Assembly (NCBI RefSeq): GCF_009914755.1
Contig: NC_060925.1
Reading direction: 5' to 3' (one strand)
Source: the human T2T-CHM13v2.0 reference genome, Homo sapiens
DNA length: 64,000 nt
In this document: positions 18,173 through 32,194 of the stretch, in pieces
Layout of the letters: the number at the start of each line of letters is the position of its first letter
Numbering within the stretch: position 1 is the first letter of the stretch
Notes under the pieces: model-generated
Database searches by the model: none
What the model was told of the DNA's origin: nothing
The model's input: only the letters and a program-made list of their open reading frames with translations
Made by a program: the position numbers and the translations under genes

Positions 18173-18580
18173 AAATGCAAAAAGAAATAGTGGTATATGC
18201 AAAAGTGATAAATGCAAAAAGAAATAGTGGTATATTCATACTATGGAATATTATTGATCCATAAAAAGGAGTGAAGTATTAATATGTACTGTAACAGATG
18301 AACCATGAAGGCCATATATTGTATTTATTTGTATAAAATATGCAGAATAAAAAGCTCCATAGAGACAGAAATTAGATTCATCTTTGTCAGGGAATGAGGA
18401 GAGAATGAGTGGAGAATGACTGTTAATACCCACAGGGTTTCTTTTGAGGTGATGAAAATGTTCTAAAATTAGACAATGGTGATGGTTGCACAAATCTATC
18501 CTAAAAAATCACTGGACTGTATACTTTAAAATAATGAATTTGTTGTGATGTAAATTAAATCTCAATACAGTTGATAAAAA
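18173..18580 (+). mobile_element. L1 3' UTR end (L1MB7/8-like)
   Basis: 'tttcttttgaggtgatgaaaatgttctaaaattagacaatggtgatggttgcaca...tctcaatacag'. Confidence 0.88.
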
Positions 18581-18884
18581 GATCTTTATTATTTTTAGAA
18601 GTTATAACAAAAGTATTCCTTTTTTTGTTCTAAAATACATTTATCTGTCCAGTCTTCAACTTTTGGAGCCCCCAGTTTTTCCCTGTCCATGAGCCTCATC
18701 GTGCTTCCCTCTTTTCTTATCAGGCTTAAATATTGTTTTCCATTACAAGAGTGCTTCTCTTTCATATGTCCTCAACTGACCTGCTGTTATCTACTTTACG
18801 CAAACATTCTGGACTGGCCAAATTCCAACCCAAGTCTACACAAACTCTACTCCTGCCCTAATGAGCCTAAAATTCTGCATAAAG

Positions 18885-19438
18885 AGATTATTATTAATGA
18901 TGATATATTGTGTTTTTTGTTTTGTTTTGTTTCTGTTTTTGTTTCTGTTTTGAGGCAAGGTCTCCCTCTGTTGCCCAGGCTGGAGTGCAGTGGAGGAATC
19001 ATGGCTGTATTGCAGCCTTGACCTCCTGGCCCATGGGATCCACCCACCTCAGCCTGTAGAGTAGCTGGGACCACATGCCGGTACCACCACGCACAGCTAA
19101 TTTCTTTTTAAATTTTTTGTAGAGATGGGGGTCTCACTAAGTCAGCTAGGATGGTCTTGAACTCCTGGGCTCAGGTGATTTTCCCTTCCTCGGCCTCCCA
19201 AAGTGTCAGGATTATAGGCGTGAGCCACCACATACAGCCTATATTCTTGAAAAATGCTAAGAACAAATGTTAAGTCTTCTTAACACAAAAATGATAATTA
19301 TGTGAGATAACACATTTGTTAATTAGCTAGATTTAACCGTCTTATAATGTATATATATTTCAAAACATCATGATGTACATAATAAATACAATTCGGACAA
19401 TTAAATAAATAGCTAAATAAATAAAAGTAAAAATAATT
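18885..19438 (+). mobile_element. L1MA 3' end, interrupted by an AluJ
   Basis: 'aaaatgataattatgtgagataacacatttgttaattagctagattt...caaaacatcatgatgtacataataaa'. Confidence 0.8.
18911..19239 (-). mobile_element. AluJ (Jo/Jr-like)
   Basis: 'aatcatggctgtattgcagccttgacctcctgg', 'gaactcctgggctcagg'; (TTTTG)-type tail. Confidence 0.94.
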
Positions 19439-19440
19439 TA

Positions 19441-19460
19441 CACACACACACACACACACA
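19441..19460 (+). repeat. (CA)10 microsatellite
   Basis: Read directly. Confidence 0.95.
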
Positions 19461-19619
19461 GTCATGCTTCCTGAGATATCTTCAAATTGATGACTGGACA
19501 CTATAAATATCCTTCAATGCTGCCCAGCAATCCTACTAGTTTGCTAGCCAAATCTATCCTGAAGTCTCTGAAGCAGCTATTTTAATCTTTCCCTAGCTGT
19601 TTAGGACCCCTCTATCCCC

Positions 19620-20672
19620 CTTTCTTCCTCAGGGTCTGATGAATACCCTTCTTCTTCTTTCTTTACGAAAATAGAAGCAAGCAAAGATATGCTTATATTT
19701 CTCCCACCACAAATTCTACAGACTTACATGCATCTATAACCCCATACTCCACCTTCCCCAGTTACGGGTGGGTGGGGGCATGTTCACACTCTTGTCTGTT
19801 CTGCATCCACCTCTTTTCCCTCACTCATGGGATTTTCTGCCACATTTTCACCTTAGCAATTTTTCTTCCCATTTGATTATTCCTAACCATTTACAAAAAT
19901 GTCAGACAACTCATACTTTACGCATTTTAAAAACTCTCTCTGGATTTCATATCTTCCTCCAGTGTTAAGCCCTCTTACAGAAAAGTGACCTCAATAAGTT
20001 TCTATAATTATGTTGTTTAGTTCCTATTTACTCATTATTTGTTGCATTCACTTCAATCAGGTTTTATTTTCTAACCAAGCCACTTCAGTAAAACAACCCT
20101 GTCAAGTTTTCCAGTGACTCCCCAAATGCTAAAGGTAATGAATAATTCTGAGTCATTATCTTTTGAGACTCATCAGTTGGATTAAACACATTTTGTTGCT
20201 ATTTCTCTTTTTGCTCTTTCCTTCATTGGCCTTTTGAGACTACTTTGCTGTTTCCCCCTCATCAGGAAAATGTTTAAAGATCTGAATGCCTCTGGGCTCA
20301 GTTTTTAAATCTTTTGTCTAACAATATAAACTCTTCAGGTGATCTTATCCAATCTTATGACTTTAAATCACATCTCGAAGTTGATGGCTCACTTATTTTT
20401 ATTTCTAGTCCTAACCACTTCACTTCACTGAGACATGAATTATCCTGTCTACTCAACCTCTCAACTTGAAGCTTTTATAGGCATCTCAAATTTAACATAT
20501 CCCCAATCAAACTTGATTTCTCTCTGTCCCCAAATCTATTCTGTGTTTTCTGTCTCATTGTATATTTACTCTATTTAATTATTTGTTCAGACCTAAGTCT
20601 TGCAGACCTTTATGACTCCTCTCTTTTAATCACACCCTATATCCAGGCCACCAGCAAATTTTCTCCACACTA
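19620..20672 (+). mobile_element. L2 LINE (RT region)
   Basis: 'gtgatcttatccaatcttatgactttaaatcacatct' and 'ataggcatctcaaatttaacat' are typical L2 segments. Confidence 0.85.
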
Positions 20673-23474
20673 CTTAATATATTCCATTATATTAAGTATT
20701 ATAACGTATAATAACCCTATTATATTTCTTATATGTCTAGCTTAATCTTTTATGTTTGTCATTTACTTCTTGTAGGCATTTGAATTTTTATTCTTTTTAG
20801 AGTAATCTTTAAATTAAAAAAACTAAACAAAATCTGAATTTATATCAGATGAGTACTGATCTTAGGTATGATGTTTCTTTGTAATTTTTTTCTTTAGTCA
20901 TCTTTTCTTGTTTTTTAAAAAATATTTTACTAGAAAAATTACTTAACCAATTGATAAAAACCCATTATATTATAATCTAGATATTTAGTAATATTATAAC
21001 TTGTTTAGATTATTTTAAAATTTATTTTACTTTGTTTTTCATTTAACAAGACAATCCCTTTATTGCTAAGATGAAATATACTAAATTGAACGGGTATTTC
21101 AGAAATTTGCAAATGCTGTTATGTGTATCATCTTCTTTAAAAAATTATTGTAAAGGATTGGAAGCCAGCACATAGAAATTGATTTAATGAAAAAGCAATA
21201 GAGAAAGTAATCATAACGAAAAATAATAATTTTCTCTCATTTTTTCTAAATCAGATATGTTTATTCCTCTTAAGAACTAAATAAAGAAACTTTATATATA
21301 TATGAATGCATATATATGGGTTTTTTTCTCTCTTTATATATATATATTTAGAAATAAATAATGTGGTTATTTTTAGCTTCTCAAAAGGAAAAGTAATTTT
21401 TCATTAAGGGAGAGATTTATATATGTATAATATGTTATTTATACTTATATGATTGATGATATTATCTAATATTATGTATATTACTATAGAGTTGTTATTT
21501 ACATTTACTTAGAATAAAGCAAAATCAAAATTTGGAACATTTCTAGAAAAATGCAAAGCTATAAAAATATTTCTCTAATTCATTTATGATCTAAAGTAGA
21601 ATTTAAAACATGTTAGTGTGTGGAAAATAACTAATATTTTGGCATTCCATTCCTTTCACATTCATTTTTCATGCTTCAGTAAAGCGAAATTTTCTAATCA
21701 GAGTAAAGTGACATGGTGAAAGTGTAGATAATATATTTGAATGAAGGTTTTTAATGAATGTGGTATTTATTAAGGCACAATCCATTAAAGAAGACTTGTA
21801 TAGTTGTCTCACATTGTTTCATTGATTTTTATTTCATGCATGATTCAGGGGAGAATTATTCCTTACAAGAAGTACTCTCGTTTATAATCTTTAATTTAAT
21901 AATGCAAACTTTTTTGTTTATTTACATAGTTTGGAATATTTTACATATATAAGCTTTGCATGTCCAAGTGTATATATTATAACTCTGAACTGAGAAATGA
22001 AAATTAACATAATGGTAGACATTTAAGGGTTTCAGTATGTAAACACCATTATTTTTTCTAGTAACTTACTCTGTTTGTTCAAAATTTATTTAAGTAGAAA
22101 ATAGAAACAAAAAATAATATATATTTATTTTTAATTAAAGATTGGAAGACCTGAACATCAACATCAAGTATGTCATAGTGATGACAATACAAGGATTTTA
22201 AATGGAATACAAGACTAATCCCCCTTCCCATACTATTGAAGAATCCCTTGACAGGCTTTACAAAGTGTGTATCTCCATATTAGCAGAATTATTTAAAACA
22301 TAACATGCATGCACTCACACAAAACTCCTACACTAGTAAAAAGATACCCACACATAAAAAATAGACTACAGAATTAAGGCAATTGTCTGGGTAATGAAAT
22401 AACAATCTTAATTGTCTGAAGTATTGTCCCAGTGTTCCACTTTACTTCTTTGGTGTGAGTCTCAAATAAGCCTCAGAAGGAAAACCTGTCAATGAGTTTG
22501 CAATGTTTCCTAAGGTCAGATTGACAATCCTACCTTATCAGGTAAATCACAGTACACAAAGCATTTGCCTTTTAGAACTGTGGAATACCTAGCCAATTCT
22601 GTGCAAATATGGATTATTTATTAATGAAAATGACATATACTCTCCCATAGTAGTTTGAAAAGGAATAGTTGCATGCAAACATTGCTTTTTAATTACCTAG
22701 TATTTTTCTCTCCCCTTTCTAGGCCATGAATTAGTGTTCTTATCTATGTATTTATACTCATTTCCTTGAATAGTTTCAATATAGACTAACTTTAAGAATT
22801 GCATTTTTAAAGATGAATATATGAGTAAATGAAAAAATATATACATTAAAAAACAGGCAACAAGGCACTGATACCACCAGGTTTCATTGACACTAACCAA
22901 ATTATATTCCTGAGCCTCTCTTGATAAACTGTAAGAAAAAGGATTAATATCTCTCTTATTTTGAAAGCAGGTCATACTGACCATTTTGTATCATGGAAAC
23001 TTACACTGTGTTGAAATATTTAGAAATCATAACTAATAGTAAAATTTAAAAAATAAGATAATTAGGAAGCTGATGTGCATCATTTATATTAATTATCAGC
23101 TAAGAAGAAGATCATCCTTCCTGCTACTGTTTATTTGGATTGATTTTTAGTTTGCTAACCACACCAGTCATATTTTAATATACACATGGATATTTAAACA
23201 TCATTCTGCAACAATGAATCTGGAGAAGAAACGATAACAACAGAAGGTTAATTGATCAATTTACTTATCTCAAACCTACCTGTTTAGCAATGTTTCTAAT
23301 GAGCTGGCAGTTCTTTTATCATAAGACATACCAAGAAAACCTAACCCTTAAACTGATTTTAGAACTCTGCATTTTTCTTGACCTAACATTCGTAACATTG
23401 ACAAAAGAAACTACAAACAAAGGTGTAAACAGCTTCATAACTCTAATTTTGAGTAAAACATCATGTAATTGTTT

Positions 23475-23645
23475 TTAAATTACAAAAATGGTAGACATTC
23501 ATTGTAGAAAATTCTAAACATTGAAAACAAGCAAAGAAGTAAGCATCATCCAGTATCCGCAGATAAATAAGCACTGTTAATGTTAAAATTATACACGCAC
23601 AAAAGCAAATACACATTTTAAATAAAATTGATATCATAGTACAGG
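23475..23645 (-). mobile_element. L1ME-type 3' end fragment
   Basis: 'cattcattgtagaaaattctaaaca...cactgttaatgtt...aaaattgatatcatagtaca'. Confidence 0.55.
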
Positions 23646-23691
23646 ATAAAAATACATATGTATAGCTTTATTTCTTGAAAGTATATATAAT

Positions 23692-26530
23692 TTGCTTCAA
23701 GTTGAGATGGAGTAAAAGGACTGGTTTTACCATCTCATTTTAAACAATTAAAAAAAAAAAACAGACAAAATGTAGGAAAAAATGGCACTCAACATGTTGT
23801 TTACCAGCCAGTTAAGTATAGTAGTCTCTGAGACACACGAAAAAACAGACAAAGCCACAACATTGACAAAACTTCATGCCTGGAGAGAAGCTTTGCAGCT
23901 GCAATGGAGAGAAAAGTAACCCAGTAGGAACCAAGTAATCTCCTTGAGTTGAGGAAATGGATTTGAAATTCACAGAAGCCAAAGCTGTTAGAATTTCAGG
24001 GCCAGAGTACCAGAGAGGAGAGAGCTGCATAGAATAATACTCTAGGGATCTGTTAAGGATTCCCCTTGAATATTCAGTTGAGTACCGACCAATTGATGCA
24101 TGTGAAGAAACTATCAAGGCTAAGGAAATAATCACTTGAAAGTATTAGAGGAAATTGTGTCTTCAGTACACACATGGCTGGAATCGTGCCTGTTCCCATC
24201 AAAGAAACTTGGAAAACCTCACAGTTCATGGGGAGTTGGTTTAAAGAGCCTCAAAAGTTGGCAAAAATATATAAAATGAAATAACTCTATGTTATTTTGT
24301 CTCACCAAAAAAAGAAAAAATAAAAGTGTAAAAGCAAGAGGCAGGAAATTTATAGAACAAAAACCCACATGGAAATTTCAGAGATAAAATCTTTAATGTC
24401 TGATATGAAAACCACAGTAAAGGGCATTATCAAAATGTATTCAACAGTGCAGAAGAAAAGATTTGTGTACTTAAAGATGTAACAATAGAAATGATTGAAA
24501 CAATACAGAGAAAAAAGACTGCAAAAAGTTAACAGGTAATCAGTGAACTGGGAAGCAATTCCAACACACTTAATAAATGTGGAATCTGAGGCTGTAAGTG
24601 AACAACTAAATTCTAAGCTCCCAAAAAAATGAATGGACCACACCCTCTTGGCCAAGGGGTACCCAAAGAAAACCAGAAAAACTAGTTCAGGCTATGACAA
24701 GAAGGGAGGTCAGATATGCCTTATTATAACCTCTTCCCTTTGGAATTTAGGCACAACTGACCAGCATTAACATTAATAGAGAGATCATAAGACTTTCTGT
24801 AGAAATAGAATACCAAATTCCAACTTGACACTGGTATAGCATGACATGACAGATAATAAACCCTAAAGAAATCAAAGTATTGCATCCCAAAATATGTATA
24901 TGACATATGACATGTCATACAAAATATGTATTGACATGTATATGAATGGCCCTGCAAAGTCTTCTCTTGTAGGGAAATTTGCATTCTGTAGAGAATCCCC
25001 TTCCCTTCCCAGGTCTTTTCCTAATCTATTTAGCTAAGGGTCTGTCACCTTTTAAGATCTGGTAAGAGACATTTGTTTTCTATTTTCTCTGAAGCCTGTT
25101 CTTACTAAGAGGTTTGATCTACATAACAAGAACCTTGAATTATACAACCCTGCTTATCTTAACTCAAGCATTTCTTTATGCTGATTTCAACCTTCAGGCA
25201 TAGATTAATTTTTTTCTACCAATTGCCAGTCAGAAAATCTTTGAATCCACCAATGACCTGGAAGCCCTCCACCCCCACTTTGAGATGTCCCACCTTTTTT
25301 GGCTGAACCGATGTATACTTTACATCTATTGATATATGTCTTTGCCCATAACTTCTGTCTCCCTAAAAGGTGTAAAAGCATGCTATAATCCAGCGACTTG
25401 AGGCATATGCTCTCAGGACCTCCTCAGGTTGTGTCAGGGGCCAAGATCACTCAAATATGAGGCTCAGAATAAACCTCTTCAAATATTTTACAGAGTTTGG
25501 CTTTTTTCACCAACAAGTCCTCAAAGAATAGGAAAAAGAAGAGAAATTGAAAATATTTGAAGAAATAATAATTGAAGACATTTCAATTTGGAAGGAAACC
25601 ATAAACTCGCAGACCCAAGAAATTAAATAAGTAAATCAATAAATAAATCTAAATACTAGAAACACATACACACACACAAAAACTACAAAAGACATTGTAA
25701 TTACATTGCTTAAAACTAGTTATAAAGAAGTCAGGGAAAAGGCACATTATGTATGCGGAAACAAAGATAAGGATAAGATCACTTTTCTCTTTAGGGAACA
25801 AGACAAGTGAGAAGAGAGTGAAATAACATCTTTAAAATACTGAAAGAAAAAAGATCTCTCAACTTAGAATACTAAATCAGGTAAAAAGCATCACCTCAAA
25901 AATAAAGGAGAAATATAATTTTTTCAGACACACAGTTAGCTGAAACTCACTACCCAAAGTCATGCAATACAAGAAATGTTAATGAAAGTTTCTCAAGCAG
26001 AATCACAGCAATACAAAATGGAAACATATTTCTACACAGAAGAATAAAGAGCTTATGAAATGGTAATGCCATTTGTAAATATAAAGGTTATTCTTATGAC
26101 TTAATGCAGTTTAAAAGGTAATGTTGAGCATAAAAATAATAACAACACCTCAAGAAGTTTATAATATGGGTGGAAGTAAAATGTATGACAACAGTAGCAC
26201 TAAATCCAGCAGGGAAGAAATTATACTGTTCCAAGGCTTTCACACAATATGTAACATAGTTTAATATCATTAAGATATACATTGATGAATTTAAAAATTA
26301 TAATGCTAACCTTAAAGCAATCTCAAAAGAATAAAAAACAAAACAAAACACAATACCTTATAAGCCAACAAAGCTATAATGGATTCATAAAATAATCACT
26401 AATTCAAAAGTAGGCAGAAAAATATCAAAAAAGGAACAAGAAACAGAAGAAATCAAAAACAGATAACAAAATAGATTTAGCTCAAGCATATTAATAATCA
26501 TATTAAATATAAATGATCTAAACACCTCAG
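23692..26530 (+). mobile_element. L1M (L1MC/MD-like) 5' UTR, ORF1 and start of ORF2, interrupted by an LTR
   Basis: 5' end 'agatggagtaaaaggactgg', 'cttgaatattcagttgagtac'; ORF1-like 'aaaatatttgaagaaataata...agacccaaga', 'aacatctttaaaatactgaaagaaaa'. Confidence 0.82.
24593..25515 (+). mobile_element. ERV1 solo LTR, MER4D-like
   Basis: TG...CA ends; 'aaattctaagctccc', 'ggccctgcaaagt', terminal 'cagaataaacctcttcaaatattttacagagtttggcttttttcaccaaca'; 4-bp TSD aggc/agtc (3/4). Confidence 0.9.
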
Positions 26531-26694
26531 CTTTTCTGTCAATGAATAAAAGACACATGTCAAATTTTCCAAACACATCTAAGTTTTTGTTCATTTATTT
26601 TACTATTAATAAAATTTCCTTTATTTTTGCATTATTTGTTATCTAGTGCATCATAATTCATAATTAATGAAGTACCATTGTTGATTGAATTATT

Positions 26695-26915
26695 CATTTT
26701 ATTTTCCTTTCACATAAATATATAGTAATACAGACTTTTTGGTGTACATTCTCTGAATTTTAACATGGGCATAGATTTGTGTAATGTACCATCATTATCA
26801 GGATACAGAATAATTTCTTCATCTTAAAACACTCCCTTAGGCTGTTGACTTTTAATTACAACTTATCACAACCATTAGCCCCTGATAACTATTCATAAAT
26901 TCTCATTTTATATAG
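26695..26915 (-). mobile_element. L1MC/MD/ME 3' end fragment
   Basis: 'ttttggtgtacattctctgaattttaaca...caggatacagaataatttc'. Confidence 0.7.
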
Positions 26916-29419
26916 TGATTATTTAGGGAAAAAACATACACCAAGGAAGTATTTATTTATTTATAATATGACCTATTGCAACATGTTTGTTGTTTGGAAT
27001 AGACTAGTAGCAGGAGTAAAATTGATGATACATGAGAGGAGGGGAAGAGAAAGAAAGATGATACATGAAAGAGATGCAGAAGGGAAGAGGGACAACTGCC
27101 GAACTGCCGAGATGGATTGAATCTAGTGAGAAAGTAAAGGAGTACACTTTAGTAGACATGTAACTGGAAAATTCATCCACAGTAGTAGAAAGAAAGACAA
27201 TATATTAATACAGTAGTGCAGTTTCAATGTCAGTAAAGGACTATAATAAAATCACCTCACTATAGTCACTTTCTAAAAGAAAGAAAGTAGCACAATCTCC
27301 TACACTCAAATATCACTCCTATTTCTCAGCATTTGTTAAAAATATAAAATTTTAGATGCATATTTTTGTTGCATTTATTATATATTTAGCTATCATTATT
27401 CTTTTATTTATTTCTCTACTATAAGTCTAGATTTCATTGTTTTTACTGTTCAACACTCGATAATTTTTATAATGTATGTTTGTACATTTGTTTTAGGATT
27501 ATTTCTCTCCTGTCTCTATTATCCAGGGTATCAGCAAGCCTGTTTATAACATTGATGTATACTTACCAAATCTTGCCCAATAAATACCTGGTTTTTGCAT
27601 GGATGAATAAATGACTTAGTATTAGACAACTGGATTACAAAGACATTAGTTTTGATTAATTTCTTAGTGGGCTGTAGTATGTTCTTTGCAATTGCTTTCC
27701 AAGCAGCATAATTTAGCAGCTTAGTGTCTGATTTCTTGCAGGTCTGAGAAGATTTTGTCTTCTCAAATTATAAACAGTTTGTCTGTGTTTATATAAATAA
27801 TCTATTTTAGATCATAATAATGGTACAGGTCTAATCTATGTTATCTACTAGTATTAATCTTTCTATTTCCTAGCTCTCTTGGCTCTTTAACACCCACCAA
27901 GTGAAGTGCAATAATAATTACAATCCTCTTTACAATCCGAGTTCTTCTGTCTGCCTACGTATAACAATTTACCTCTGAGGAGTATAGTGTATCCCTTGCC
28001 TATCTCTTTCTTCTTCTTCTTTTTTTTTTCTTTCTGGGATCTATAGTTATTAAGTAGTAGGAGGAGGATAGAAGAAGTATACTGGCAATTTCAAAAAGTA
28101 TAATCTCTTATCTGTGCAAGAGAGTTTTCTGTTAGGTATAAGGCCTGGGTCTCTAATCTGACATTACGGGCAGACTTAGGGGGTTATGTGCCATATTATT
28201 CTACTCATTCAAGTGACTGAAGTCTCTCTATTTATGGAGATACAGTTTTGGTAGGCCACTGATGGTTTTCGTCCCAACAATTTCATTGTCTTTTTTATCA
28301 TTGGAAATTTCAATTGTGTTATTGTTAGTTTGGGTTCAACTTTCTTCCCCTCCAGTATCTTCTTAGTTGTATTTGTGTGGATATTCAGAGAGGATGCAAA
28401 AGGACTTCTGATTATAGTTTTTGAGTAAGAAGAAATAAAGGGGTTGAGCTAACTTTAAATTACAAATATTGTAGAAGATTAGAATATAAACTTTAAAAAT
28501 GTGAATTCAAGTTATAACACATGATGAAAGAAAAATGAAGGAACTTTATGAATTCTTTAACAGGGAACCAATACTTAGAGGTTTATTTCAGTAACAGAGA
28601 GCAGCATTTATTGGAATGGAAAAAAATATGTCACAAAAAAACAGCGTCCTGTTTTATGCGTCAATATTTATTGATTAAGATTTATCTATAAGCCATATAT
28701 CTTTACCCAATGAAATTATACAACACAGCCTAATTTATTTTATATTTTAGTTCCAAAATCCAGAGATAGAAATTCTTATTTAAGTAATTCATTTAGTCAT
28801 CAGAGGTGTTATAGAATCCTGCTTCACTGACTCCTCACCAATAGATTAAAATTTGCTCTGACTAAGCACTGTATTGATGGTTTATACTAGTATCTCATTT
28901 GGCCTGCCCTGGGCTTTAGGTCTCTCCTTATCAATATTGTTCCCACAGGTTGAGGAGGTCAGTGCAGAATGTTTCAGAGAAGCGTTTCCTAGCAACAAAA
29001 CACAGGGACATGGACAGAATATTTTAAGGGGCTAAAAATATAAACTTGTCATTCAATGATGAAACAATATAAGGCCAATGGTAAAGAGTTATTGTGAATA
29101 AATAATCAACCTAATTTTGTGAAATATCTAACAATAGGAGATAAATAGAATATTTCAAAATTAAGCATTTTTGGTCAGAAATAATAGGTAGAAAATAATT
29201 AAGAAATAATTTTTACTTATAGTGATAATACATCATTGAAATAAGAATGCCTTCAATATAGCAGAGCATGTAGAAGTGTACTTAAGGTGAGAGGTTAGGA
29301 CTGAGAGGAAGGTTGGAAACACACACACACAGTTGATTCTCATTATTGAAGGTAGTTATGTTTTGTATAATTGCCACAAATTTTAAGCTGAAACACAGAT
29401 TAAAAGAATAAAAAAAGAA

Positions 29420-29720
29420 AGTCGGGCACAGTGGCTCACACCTGTAATCCTAGCACTTTGGAAGGCTGAGGTGGGAAGAACACTTAAGGACAGGAGTTAA
29501 AGAGTAGCCTGGGCAGCACAGTGAGATCCCATCTCTACAAAAATAAAAATAAAATAAAATATTAGCTGAATGTAGTGGCATGTGACTGTAGTCCTAGCTA
29601 TTGAAAACACTGAGGTGGTAGTATCGCTTGAGCCCACAAGTTTGAGGCTGTAGTGAGCAGTCAACATGGCACTGCACTCCATCCTGGGCTACAGAGCAAA
29701 ATCCTGTTTTTAAAAAAAAT
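29420..29720 (+). mobile_element. AluJ (Jo/Jr-like)
   Basis: Full dimer with 'gcttgagcccacaagtttgaggctgtagtgagc'; TSD-like ataaaaaa(a)gaaa on both sides. Confidence 0.94.
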
Positions 29721-29724
29721 CATA

Positions 29725-32180
29725 AAAAAGAAAAGGGGCATATGGAAGAGACATTGAAAGATTCTAAATATGTGTAATTGAAGGACCAGATTTAAAGATG
29801 AGAAGGAAGAAACTGACATCTGAAAATTGTTAGATAAAATCCAAAAGTGGTTGAAAGACATTAATCCACTATTAAAGTTCAATAAAACACACGCAGGATA
29901 AATACAATGTAAATTATAGACAGATATGTTTCTGTACCTCATAGCCAAATTGCTGAAGCCCAACTACAAAAATAGCATCCCAAAAGTAGCTGGAGAAAAA
30001 AAGAATAAATTCTATTTCTGTAACAGCAAAACACTAATAGCTAACATTTCAATGGAAACTATGAAAGGCACTAAACAATGGGGTGGTATCCTTAAAATGA
30101 GGAGGAAAAGGGAGAACTGCCAAAATACAAGTCTGTATACAAAAAAGAATTTAAAAAGCAGATTAAATTACAGTCAGAAAAACATAATGTGAAGTTCTTG
30201 CTTAACATACCTGAATTGAAGAAATATTAAAGTACAATAACATAATAATTCCTCAAGGAAACATAAACTTTAAATAAACCTGAAGATTAAAGGAGTGGAT
30301 TAAAATGCAGGCAATTATAAATGCATATTGACTGCACTGAGTTATAATAATAATTTCTTGTGGAGTTTAAATATGTAAAAGGAAGATTTTAAAATATATG
30401 TCAAATATAAAGCAAAGAGCAGACAGAAAATTAAATTCAGGTTTAATCGTTTTTGAAAACTGACAAATACTAATTTTACTAAGTTGCAATACATTACAGA
30501 TTCAAGCTGTTATCTCTACTGTAACTATTAAAAGTGATAGAATGTATAAATAATATATTAGAAAGAGGAAAAAATGAAGCAAAATATTTGAAAAATATGA
30601 AAGTATGTAACAAATGAAAGAATAAGGTTTTAGAACAGGTTTTTCAGTTAAAAATAACAAAACTGTAGACATAAACCAACCACTGAGTGTAATTACAATT
30701 GATGTAAATGAATTAATCTTCCAAATATAAAATAAGTAAAAATCAAAAATGTAAAACAACACACGGGTGACAATTTACAGTGAACATTAGAAAATATTTT
30801 GAACTGAATGATAATCATAATACTACATCAGACTTGTTGGGTGTAGCTAAAACAGTGCTTTGAGGAAAATGTTTTGCTTTAATTGTATACATTAGAAGAT
30901 AAACATAGAGGGAAATGTTTGAAGTCATTGGACAAAGGAGGTAGTGAGTGGAATTGTGGCTACCAGATACTGGGAAGAGTATGAGGGAGGGAGGATAAGA
31001 GAGGTTTATTAATGAGTACAAAAATCCAGTTAGAAGGAATATGTTTTAGTGTTGAACAGCACAGTAGAGCAAGTATAATTAACATGAATTTACAGTATAT
31101 TTCAAAATAGCTACAAGAGGTTTGGAATGTTCCCAAAACAAAGAAATGATCAATGTTTGAGATGATGGATATACCACTCACCCTGATTTGATCATTATAC
31201 ATTGCATCCATGTATCAAAGCATCACACGTATTCTATTACAACTATTATGTTGTTGTTGCCAATAATGTATGTCCATAAAATAAGAAAAATAAATGCCAA
31301 CTAATCCAAACAAAATATAAGTACCCAAATAATAAATATAAAAGCAGACATCAAGTAAAGAGAAAATATGCTTTTGAATATATCTAAGTTGGTTACTTGC
31401 TAAGAAAAAAATAAAAAGGGAGAAAAAAGCATAGATTACATTATATGGAATTGAGAAGATAATTCAATGATTATGGAATTACATATGTTACATATAACAA
31501 ATCTGTATTAATAAACTTGACATTTTGGATAAAAATAATGCATCTTCTGAAAAGTTTGATTTACCAAAGCAGACACAAAAAGTAACAGAAAGTTGAATAT
31601 TTTTAAGTCTTTGTTTATTATTGGTATTAAGCACCCATAAGTACCTATTTACAGAGAAAATTCATATTGGTTTACACAAGAAATCTTACAAATACTTTAG
31701 AAAAATTATATAAATATTATATTTTTCCTAAAAGATATGAAGTAGAAACACTTCTTAATCTTTTAAATATAAACAGCAAAACCTTGATATCAAATATCTA
31801 CAGGCATTATAAGAAAGAAAAATTAGAAACAATTCTCTCCCTTAAAATTCAAAACTCCTATATAAAATATTAGCAAATCAAATGTAAAAATATATAAAAT
31901 AAAATACATCAAAACTCACTGTTATTTATTCCAGGAATGCTAAGGTCATTTAACATTTGAAAATCAATCAATGTTATTCACAACAAAAATAGATTAAAAG
32001 AGAAAAAAAAATCATCTAACCAAATATGGATAAATTATTTAATAAAATTCAATATTCATTCAGAGAAAACATTTTTCCAACTGGAAATAGAATCTAATTA
32101 TTAAAATGGAGTATTTTTAAAAAATAGGGCAAGTACAATATAAAATAGTAAATATTTGAAACACTTCCTTCTGATGTTAA
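29725..32180 (+). mobile_element. Very old L1M, ORF1 and ORF2 fragments with internal deletions
   Basis: ORF1-like 29926-30192 (LIAKLLK..LIANISMETMK..QWGGILK); ORF2-like 'aaaacagtgctttgaggaaaat' and 'tttattccaggaatgc..tttaacatttgaaaatcaatcaatgt'. Confidence 0.75.
30925..31292 (+). mobile_element. L1MA 3' end nested in the older L1
   Basis: 'gaatgttcccaaaacaaagaaatgatcaatgtttgagatgatggatat...cctgatttgatcattatacattg'. Confidence 0.85.
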
Positions 32181-32194
32181 TGAAATATTAATGC

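Noticed and set aside
27480-28420. Possible exon or ERV/L1 internal fragment
   Set aside because: The acceptor-like tract has no convincing donor and I could not match a repeat consensus, so it is left unannotated.
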